Origin: Patescibacteria group bacterium | Lineage (GTDB): Bacteria > Patescibacteriota > Patescibacteriia > UBA10025 | Length of the DNA stretch: 64,000 nucleotides | Reading direction: 5' to 3' | NCBI GenBank assembly: GCA_042570925.1 | Contig: JBHPFX010000003.1 | Location: forward strand, 10,149-74,148 | In this document: positions 57,561 through 64,000 of the stretch, piece by piece | How the letters are laid out: each line of letters starts with the position of its first letter | Position numbering within the stretch: the first letter of the stretch is position 1 | Notes under the pieces: model-generated | Seen by the model: the letters and a program-made list of their open reading frames with translations, nothing else | Databases searched by the model: none | What the model was told of the DNA's origin: nothing | Made by a program: the position numbers and the translations under genes

Positions 57561-58358
57561 ATGATTAATCAAAGAGGATTCATTAGTGCAACATTGGTTG
57601 TCATTATTGTAGTGCTCGCAGTTTTTATGGTTGGAGTTGCTTGGTGGTATGAGGAGAATAAAGAGGAGGTTGCAAATACTCAGGTTGTTAGTAACGAATC
57701 TATTGAAAACAATTCTGTAAATGTGAAGAATTCGAATGCAATAAATTCTAATGCAGCAACGAATACTAATTTCGTTTCCAACACCAATTCAACTACTAAT
57801 GTAAACACAAACGTTACCTCAGATAGTGGCAATAACTGGCGCACAGTTAATTATAATAAAAACGATTTGAGTTTTTTAATCAGCGTTCCTGCTGACTGGA
57901 GAGAAGAAACCAGCCTCTATAATCCACCACGAGAAAGATATTCTTTGATTAGTTATACTTGGCCGCCAGAAAGTGGCGTTACTCAATATCTCAGATTAAT
58001 TGTCAGATATTTTATAAATGATGAAGCCTCATTAAAGGAGTGGGTTGATAAGCACGAAACACATCTCCGAGAAGGTGAACAAAATCATAATCGTCTAACA
58101 GAACTTACTTTGAGCGAAATAACAGTTAATGGAGAGTTAGGATATGCATATGACGCTGATTATAAAAGAACAATTGGCGAGTGGGATGATGAAGGAAATT
58201 ACGTTGGAACTAAAATTGAGCATAAATCATACAAATATATTAATTTTCAAAAAGATAATAAAATTTATCAAATTTATATTGGTGGTGATAATAATCTCGT
58301 AATCGATAATCAGGATTTAATTATTGAAATTATTGACTCCTTTAATTTTCTCGAATAA
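57561..58358 (+). CDS. Pilin-signal-like anchored surface protein, family member 2
   Basis: The first 28 aa are identical to 53364-54743. AWWYEENKEE, an Asn/Thr-rich linker, and an unrelated C-terminal domain. Confidence 0.6.
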   Translation: MINQRGFISATLVVIIVVLAVFMVGVAWWYEENKEEVANTQVVSNESIENNSVNVKNSNAINSNAATNTNFVSNTNSTTNVNTNVTSDSGNNWRTVNYNKNDLSFLISVPADWREETSLYNPPRERYSLISYTWPPESGVTQYLRLIVRYFINDEASLKEWVDKHETHLREGEQNHNRLTELTLSEITVNGELGYAYDADYKRTIGEWDDEGNYVGTKIEHKSYKYINFQKDNKIYQIYIGGDNNLVIDNQDLIIEIIDSFNFLE

Positions 58359-58550
58359 GTCTACCATATACCTGAAATCCCCTAAAACACCCATAAGGTT
58401 AGTACAAATAAGCGACCCCTTCGGCTTCGCTCAGGGCAGGCCGATAGGGACCTTTTTCTCTGAGCATTTACGTTCGGAGCAAAAGGAAAAGACATCTCTC
58501 AGGTTATGAGAGGTGTTTTTTTATAATAGAATAATGCTATAATTTAATAT
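58359..58550 (+). repeat. Composite intergenic element, copy 5
   Basis: Starts right after the stop codon. Box A, CTTCGGCTTCGCTCAGGGCAGGCCGATAGGGACC, hairpin 58451-58486, terminator, then TGCTATAAT 7 nt before the ATG. Confidence 0.7.
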
Positions 58551-58997
58551 ATGAAATTCATTTCTTCATTGCTCATACTCGTATCTAGTATAGCCGGCGG
58601 CATCTTTTTGGCTAGGCTGATAAAGAATAAAATAACTGATTTCAAAAAATACGGAGTCTTGTTTATTATTTATTCATTTGTAAATATTGCACTCCTTGGC
58701 TTAAGTGAGAAGACTCAAGTATTAATAATAGATATATATGTTGCGTGGACTATCGCCTTTGCAGCACTTATTATTTTTTTAATTCTTGTTCGAAAACAAC
58801 CAAGTATAAAAAAAATATTAAGCTTACGAGAAAATGTGAGTTATGAGTGGAGTAAAGATGCTAAGTTATTTCAGAAGGTGATCATACGGCTATCCACTGT
58901 TGGAGCACTTTATGGAGTAATTATATTAGCTTATTTTGACTTATTCGGGATTGTAATTGCGATTATTGAAGTATTAAAGAGAGTTAATCTTATTTGA
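58551..58997 (+). CDS. Hypothetical 4-TM membrane protein (possibly a leaderless mRNA)
   Basis: Hydrophobic segments. The -10 box ends 7 nt before the ATG. Confidence 0.45.
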   Translation: MKFISSLLILVSSIAGGIFLARLIKNKITDFKKYGVLFIIYSFVNIALLGLSEKTQVLIIDIYVAWTIAFAALIIFLILVRKQPSIKKILSLRENVSYEWSKDAKLFQKVIIRLSTVGALYGVIILAYFDLFGIVIAIIEVLKRVNLI

Positions 58998-59082
58998 TTA
59001 CAAACATCTCCCTTTTTGAAGAAGTGTTTTTGGTTGGGAAAAAGAGTATAATATATTTAGATAATCATTCAAATATATACCT
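58998..59082 (+). repeat. Composite element, short form (terminator and promoter modules only)
   Basis: ACATCTCCC..GAAGTGTTTTTGG, then AGAGTATAATATATTTAGATAATCATT. Confidence 0.55.
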
Positions 59083-60147
59083 ATGAATTATCAAAAGGGT
59101 TTTACTCATTGGGTAGTTGTAATTCTCATTTCTGTTATAGCTGTGGGTTTGGTCGGTGCAGCTTGGTATTATGAGGAGAATAAGGAAGAAGTAACCACTA
59201 CGACCAATACAGGCACTATCAATGTAAATACAAATATTGTACCCACTAATTCAGCAGTAAACACCAATACAGCTGTAAATGTAAATAGTTCTACAAACAC
59301 GAACACTGTAATTGATGAAACTGATGATTGGCAAGTACATAGAGATGATTTTAGATACGGCTTTACGTTTAAGTATCCAACTGATTGGGAATTTAGCTTT
59401 ACAGACCAATTAGATAAGTCTGAAATTTTATTTAGAGTATCAAATTCAAATGGCTCAAAATTTGACGTGCTACCATTAGGTGACTTTGATTTTGAATTGA
59501 GCGAAATAATTACATCAGAGACAGTAATAATTGATGGTCAATCAGCACAGAAAACCGTTTATAAAGACTCACCAAATTATGAAATATATTCCATAATCGA
59601 CTATGAATTAAATGAGTGGACATCCTCTAATAGGATTGAGCTTATTCCAACTAATGAAGCAGATGCTGAAATTCTTCAAAATATTCTTTCTACATTCGAA
59701 TTCCTCCAAGACACCTCTGATTGGTTGACGTATACGAATGATGAGTATGGGTATTCTATTAGCTACCCCAATGACTGGACCACAACGTCAACTCTAGCAA
59801 GTCCTGGTTCCATCGGTATCTACGCGCCAAGCGATTCTGCGCATATAACCATTGTTCCCGACTACGGTATCAACACTCTTGGCTTCGACGCTCTCACACA
59901 ATCCACTACACAAACAATATTAGGCGGGGAAGCAGTCACTCAGGTCACTTGGCGAGATGCAGATGGGATGCTAGAGCACTGTTCATACCAATTTGAGCAG
60001 TCACCAAATGAAAGCTGGGTACCCGCTGTGGTGACCAACGAAATACATACGACTACAGAGACTCCACCAGGTAATTTCATCAATTACGAATGTGCGGATG
60101 AAGTGACGGTTCCACAAATCCTCTCCACTTTCCAATTCACCGATTAG
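59083..60147 (+). CDS. Pilin-signal-like anchored surface protein, family member 3
   Basis: MNYQKGFTHWVVVILISVIAVGLVGAAWYYEENKEE, a Thr/Asn-rich linker, and two related C-terminal repeats (DDWQVHRDD..YPTDWEF / SDWLTYTNDEYGYSISYPNDWTT). Confidence 0.6.
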   Translation: MNYQKGFTHWVVVILISVIAVGLVGAAWYYEENKEEVTTTTNTGTINVNTNIVPTNSAVNTNTAVNVNSSTNTNTVIDETDDWQVHRDDFRYGFTFKYPTDWEFSFTDQLDKSEILFRVSNSNGSKFDVLPLGDFDFELSEIITSETVIIDGQSAQKTVYKDSPNYEIYSIIDYELNEWTSSNRIELIPTNEADAEILQNILSTFEFLQDTSDWLTYTNDEYGYSISYPNDWTTTSTLASPGSIGIYAPSDSAHITIVPDYGINTLGFDALTQSTTQTILGGEAVTQVTWRDADGMLEHCSYQFEQSPNESWVPAVVTNEIHTTTETPPGNFINYECADEVTVPQILSTFQFTD

Positions 60148-60189
60148 TACCACAATCTAGCTCAGTACTTGTTTACTTTCGTGTAGTAG

Positions 60190-60395
60190 CTTTCTGGTAT
60201 ACCTAAAATCCCTTAAAACCTTTATAAGATTAGTACAAATAAGCGACCCCTTCGGCTTCGCTCAGGGCAGGCCGATAGGGACCTTTTTCTCTGAGCACTT
60301 ATGTTCGGAGCAAAAGGAAAAGACATCCTCCCTTTTATAAGAGGAGGTGTTTTTGGTAAGAAAGTGATATAATATATCTAACTTAATGAATTACT
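60190..60395 (+). repeat. Composite intergenic element, copy 7
   Basis: Box A and a G+C tract identical to copy 5. Hairpin 60282-60317, terminator, TGATATAAT. Confidence 0.7.
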
Positions 60396-60872
60396 ATGAC
60401 TTTAGATAAACAGACAAATCAAACATTAAATCCATCTTCGAAAAAACCAATAACACTTAAACCGATTATTGCCATATTAATACTTGTTAGTATAGTAAAT
60501 TTATTTTCATTCTTTACTATTGGAGGGTGCAAATACTCACTCATTAACCTTCATATTAATGAGGTGGTACCTACAGATACCATAATTGAGTTTGAGTGTT
60601 CAGGATTAAATGTTAATGGAGAATACTCTGGGAGGGATTTTACAATTGAAGGTACGGCTAATCCAAGTTTTGCTTTTGGAAAATCAAATATAAACATTAT
60701 TGGCAATACTCAGGATGGTAACCAATATGAAGTAAGCGCATACACTCGTTATAATACAATTGGTATTTTTCTAGGTCTATCATTATATTCTTGGCCGATA
60801 TTAATAGTTGTATTAGTAGTCTTACTAATAGTGAATATAAGTAGAAGGAGAATTAAGTCAACAGATTTATAA
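60396..60872 (+). CDS. Hypothetical protein with N- and C-terminal TM segments
   Basis: Hydrophobic ends around a beta-rich middle. No motif. Confidence 0.45.
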   Translation: MTLDKQTNQTLNPSSKKPITLKPIIAILILVSIVNLFSFFTIGGCKYSLINLHINEVVPTDTIIEFECSGLNVNGEYSGRDFTIEGTANPSFAFGKSNINIIGNTQDGNQYEVSAYTRYNTIGIFLGLSLYSWPILIVVLVVLLIVNISRRRIKSTDL

Positions 60873-60899
60873 TAAAATTTGTTTTACTTCTTTCAATAA

Positions 60900-61100
60900 A
60901 ACTCTCGTACACCCAAAATCACCTAAAACACCCATAAGATTATTTAATATAACCTTACCCTTCAACTTCCCCTTCGATTCGCTCAGGGCGGGGCCGATAG
61001 GGACCTTTTTCTCTGAGCATTATGTTCGGAGCAAAAGGAAAAGACATCTCTCTATTCAAGAGAGGTGTTTTTGATTTAAGAAAAGGAGTATACTACAAGT
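60900..61100 (+). repeat. Composite intergenic element, copy 8
   Basis: Box A, CCCTTCAACTTCCCCTTCGATTCGCTCAGGGCGGGGCCGATAGGGACC, hairpin 61004-61038, terminator, promoter. Confidence 0.7.
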
Positions 61101-61748
61101 ATGAATGATTCAATTTCCTATACAATTACCTCCTCTGAATTTGCTAAGAGATTAGAGGCTACAAAATATCGGTTGGTTCCTGTTTTTATCTTTATCATTA
61201 TTGGTCTGGCAGCTTACGCATTCATCGACTCAGGTAGCAGCACTGCAATCTCAGTTCTTGTCGTTGGACTAATATTTATCGTTGCAGGAATAATTAAAAT
61301 TCGATTTCAAAAACCCTCCACAACTAAAATTGATGTTGAAATTAACAGAAATGGTATTACGATTAAAAAGGATAAAGTAATTCAGTATGATTGGAAAGCA
61401 TTTAAGAAAGTTATGACTAGTACTGAATATGTTAAAAGCTATTCTCCAACTTTTTTCAATAGTTTTGGTTTTGAAAGATTATTTTATACTTCTGCACAAG
61501 TCTCAGAAGAAACTCACGGAAGAGTTTTTTATTTGATTTTTAAGAAAGGATCCTCTCTTTATGGTCATCAACATCTGATAGTATATGCTGAGCCCGATAA
61601 CTATCAGGAAGTTGAAAACTTATTACATAAATACCTGCCGCATCCTCAGGAGGCCACTCCAGTAAATAAATTGAAGAATTTCTTAATAGGACTTGCTTTT
61701 GTAGTGATTGCTATCGGACTGGTAGCTTTAATATTTATTATAGTATAG
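61101..61748 (+). CDS. Hypothetical membrane protein (two N-terminal TM segments, a soluble domain, a C-terminal TM)
   Basis: Hydrophobicity pattern only. Confidence 0.45.
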   Translation: MNDSISYTITSSEFAKRLEATKYRLVPVFIFIIIGLAAYAFIDSGSSTAISVLVVGLIFIVAGIIKIRFQKPSTTKIDVEINRNGITIKKDKVIQYDWKAFKKVMTSTEYVKSYSPTFFNSFGFERLFYTSAQVSEETHGRVFYLIFKKGSSLYGHQHLIVYAEPDNYQEVENLLHKYLPHPQEATPVNKLKNFLIGLAFVVIAIGLVALIFIIV

Positions 61749-61845
61749 ATACAATAATCGAAGAAAAGACATCTCCCCTTTTGAGCGAAGTCCCGAACCC
61801 TTTATGTGGTGAGGGAGGAGGTGTTTTTGGTTTTACATATGAATG
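61749..61845 (+). repeat. Composite element, terminator module with a G+C-rich insert in its loop
   Basis: GACATCTCCCC, then the insert TTTTGAGCGAAGTCCCGAACCC.., then GGGAGGAGGTGTTTTTGG. Confidence 0.5.
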
Positions 61846-62175
61846 TTACCTAAAGCATGAACAAGGCTTGTTGCGAAGTATATATACCTGACGGTTTGGT
61901 TTATCAATAAATTTTTTTTGGATTCTTACGCCTATCGCCTTTGTATACTCAAGAGGCGTCAAATGGCAGTAGCCCCGTCTTTTCATCTCGAGGACGAGTT
62001 TTTCATGGCGCATATAGAGAGCTTTGAGCTTTCCTATCCAGCGTTGCGTCTCGGGGTGATTGCGGTACCCGCATTTGTTTTTTGTGAGTATCGACCATAC
62101 GGCGTGCAACTCCCGGTGCTCTCCTAAGAGATGCTGTCTACATAATTTTTTTGGTGCGATATCCCAAATACGCAT
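61846..62175 (-). CDS. Pyrimidine-dimer DNA glycosylase (T4 endonuclease V / DenV family)
   Basis: MRIWDIAPKKLCRQHLLGEHRELHAVWSIL....GYRNHPETQRW matches the family pattern M R.W..P..L....L..E.RE, including the catalytic Glu context. Confidence 0.75.
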   Translation of the reverse strand: MRIWDIAPKKLCRQHLLGEHRELHAVWSILTKNKCGYRNHPETQRWIGKLKALYMRHEKLVLEMKRRGYCHLTPLEYTKAIGVRIQKKFIDKPNRQVYILRNKPCSCFR

Positions 62176-62254
62176 AGAGAAGTAGTATACTAACGAACAA
62201 TTATTAAATCAAAAACACTTCTGTTATTCAAAAAGTGTTTTTGAAAGTCTGAAA

Positions 62255-62548
62255 TTACTTCACGTGTTCTGATACTGCACCTGGGTACATTTGTGCAAGA
62301 TCGCTGACCAAGTCACCAAATGTCATGCCGTCAACACCATGTGCTGCAGGCATACCCATACCGTTTCCACCCATGTTGCTCACGTGTTCAGAGATTACTC
62401 CAGGTTCGAGACTTGAAACCATCATACCAAATGTTTTCCCGTCAACACCATGTGCTGCAGGCATACCCATAGCTACTACTGGAGTGGCAACGAGTGCACC
62501 GAGTCCAAAGATGAATGAGAAGATTAATGCTTTTTTCATGAAGTTCAC
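62255..62548 (-). CDS. Small secreted protein with an internal tandem duplication
   Basis: Signal peptide, then two copies of MGMPAAHGVDG[KM]TFG..VS.L....[AV][IV]SEHV. Confidence 0.5.
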   Translation of the reverse strand: MNFMKKALIFSFIFGLGALVATPVVAMGMPAAHGVDGKTFGMMVSSLEPGVISEHVSNMGGNGMGMPAAHGVDGMTFGDLVSDLAQMYPGAVSEHVK

Positions 62549-62687
62549 CTCCTTTCATACGTAGATAATTTTCATCACTATTCTGTATGCCAAGTGTACT
62601 CGACACCTGAAATTCGGTCGGTATGCAAAAACACAAAAAGATGTGTATTCACATCTTTTTGTAATATTTACTTACTATTATTTGATC

Positions 62688-63479
62688 TTATACAGGACGG
62701 AGCGTGCCAGCAAATACCTGCCATGCGAGCAATGATTTTGCCACAAGGCTTAAAATAATATACGCACGTTCGCCATACAGGTAATCTCGCCACTTGCCGA
62801 CTTTTTTGTACTGCAAGATCATATTAATGGCAAAAGAATTGAAGAAGAGGAATATTGAGAAATAAATCCAGTATACGAACGCTGGCGCTTTATTATCTCC
62901 CTCACCTGCCAAAAACAGGTAAAAACCAACGACCACCCAGGGAATAGCTCCTGCTAATATTCCAAACCAGTATGATGTCCAATTGGTTTTTTCAGTTCTC
63001 TGATTGTGAAGCTCCATCATCCAGCCAAATAAAATCATCATCATATTGAGAAAGAATATCATCAGCAGACCAAGTCCGTCATAAAGACCAACGAGCATTG
63101 CAATAATTACAATCATCAAGGAAGAGCTAAACGCGTATTCTATCCAACGAGCTTTATTAATTCCTATTTTCAAATTGGCCACATATTTTTTATAACCGGC
63201 TGGCAATGAAATGAATAGATGAGCTAAAGCAGATATAAATAAGAACGCAGCCACCAGCGGCCCTATTTGGACGGAGAATTCTGTTTGTAATACTGGTTCT
63301 AATTTTAGTGTGATCGTATTCATTTCCACGAAGGCTGATGTAACTGGAAGCGAGAAATCAGAGCTTAAAAACAGCATCAGAAATCCCTGAATGGCATGCA
63401 TTACCGCCATAATGACATTAAAACGCCTTAATTTTGGAAACTTTGTGTCTTCGATAAATTGTTGATTTTGTTCTTCCAT
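62688..63479 (-). CDS. Heliorhodopsin
   Basis: Collinear with heliorhodopsin 48C12 as I recall it: RWIEYAFSSSLMIVIIA, MILFGWMME, FLFFNSFA, YLYGERAYIILSLVAKSLLAWQVFAGTL, including the retinal Lys in SLVAKS. Seven TM segments. Confidence 0.85.
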   Translation of the reverse strand: MEEQNQQFIEDTKFPKLRRFNVIMAVMHAIQGFLMLFLSSDFSLPVTSAFVEMNTITLKLEPVLQTEFSVQIGPLVAAFLFISALAHLFISLPAGYKKYVANLKIGINKARWIEYAFSSSLMIVIIAMLVGLYDGLGLLMIFFLNMMMILFGWMMELHNQRTEKTNWTSYWFGILAGAIPWVVVGFYLFLAGEGDNKAPAFVYWIYFSIFLFFNSFAINMILQYKKVGKWRDYLYGERAYIILSLVAKSLLAWQVFAGTLRPV

Positions 63480-63524
63480 AGTTATGAATTTAATAATTTA
63501 ATCTTATTGTTTAATTCTAGCATA

Positions 63525-63720
63525 TATGAAAAATCAGCAAAAACCCTCATAAGATTAGTTAAAATAACCATACCCTTCGACTTCCCCTTCGATTCGCTAC
63601 GCTCACTCAGGATTCGCTCAGGGCGGGGCCGATAGGGACCCCATCAAAAAATCATCCTACAGATATGTTCTTAGGGTGGTTTTTTGTTTGAGAAAAATGC
63701 TACAATACATTCAGATAATT
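63525..63720 (+). repeat. Composite intergenic element, copy 10 (lacks the 35-nt hairpin)
   Basis: Box A remnant CCCTCATAAGATTAGTTAAAATAA, a long G+C tract ending GGCCGATAGGGACC, terminator CATCCTA..TAGGGTG plus T run, TGCTACAAT. Confidence 0.6.
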
Positions 63721-63775
63721 ATTAATACTAAAAACTATAGCTTGTTTCATTGCTCCGACAGCAGCAGCAATCATT

Positions 63776-64000
63776 GTGACTGCGGTCAGGAAAAAAATCC
63801 CATCTCCTTACCACATTAAATGGCTTTTTGCCCTTCTTTGGGGTGGAGTGGTATGGCTTATACCGGAACATATCTACCACGGCGAGGTGGTACTCTATCC
63901 GCCCTTCTTTACCGCCGGTCTTGATAACATAATTCCCGAAGTTATCAGGGTTGGCGTTCCCATGACCATCGCTGCAATTACTGTATGGCTAGTTATGATT
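63776..64000 (+). CDS. Hypothetical membrane protein, 3' end beyond the window (start uncertain)
   Basis: The frame is open from 63722 to the window end and is hydrophobic (LFALLWGGVVWLIPEH..). The first plausible start is GTG 63776. Confidence 0.3.
   Translation, partial: MTAVRKKIPSPYHIKWLFALLWGGVVWLIPEHIYHGEVVLYPPFFTAGLDNIIPEVIRVGVPMTIAAITVWLVMI

Noticed and set aside
58324-58509. ORF 58324-58509(+), which reads through composite repeat copy 5 (..SDPFGFAQGRPIGTFFSEHLRSEQKEKTSLRL)
   Set aside because: It starts inside the 3' end of the preceding gene and runs across box A, the G+C tract, the hairpin and the terminator. The frame is not maintained in the other copies.
53100-64000. Regularly recurring intergenic repeats as a CRISPR array
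   Set aside because: The repeat units are about 200 bp, imperfect and modular. They are separated by 0.3-1.4 kb protein-coding genes rather than by 25-40 bp spacers, and no cas genes are present.
53100-64000. Classical integron (IntI plus attI/attC)
   Set aside because: The hairpin lacks the R''/L''-L'/R' GTTRRRY architecture. Units carry their own promoters and terminators. The nearby recombinase looks XerC/D-like with no visible IntI-specific insertion. I keep only the looser 'cassette accretion at a tRNA' hypothesis.

Overview
This 64-kb fragment looks like a small, AT-rich, tightly packed bacterial genome. I infer a Patescibacteria/CPR-type organism from four things: Lys/Glu-rich tails on ribosomal proteins, few Shine-Dalgarno sites on core genes, a 16S gene not linked to 23S, and many pilin-like surface proteins. 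No search was run.

Layout:
- 1-3.1 kb: gyrA 3' end, then rpmF-nusB-rnc.
- 3.1-5.6 kb: a G+C-rich island with an orphan purD and two paralogous small ORFs.
- 5.7-11.6 kb: a complete UMP operon, pyrB-pyrI-pyrD-pyrK-pyrC-pyrE-pyrF.
- 11.6-15 kb: a membrane protein, an atypical transcarbamylase and a second G+C-rich island.
- 15-19.7 kb: smc, rpsP, a KH-domain gene and trmD.
- 19.7-23.2 kb: a 16S rRNA with a processing stem, followed by tRNA-Ile/Phe/Gly/Leu and no 23S.
- 23.2-50.4 kb, minus strand: envelope, DNA-repair and lipid genes, H+-PPase, nusA, rnhB, cmk, pnp and rpsO.
- 50.5-53.1 kb: a tyrosine recombinase, tRNA-Arg and tRNA-His.
- 53.1-64 kb: an accessory array of single-gene units that includes a heliorhodopsin.

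The signals most worth a second look:
1. The tRNA-His-anchored array. Its genes are separated by a composite repeat of about 200 bp that carries tRNA-His 3'-end-like cores, a conserved hairpin, a terminator and a promoter.
2. Every tRNA locus is shadowed by partial or nested copies of itself, interrupted by G+C-rich hairpin inserts.
3. The same G+C-rich inserts also sit in frame inside the rpsP and nusA coding tails.
4. An orphan, highly structured transcript of about 325 nt with its own promoter and terminator, between cmk and rnhB.

All calls rest on reading the sequence and on motif recall. No database search or computation was run.
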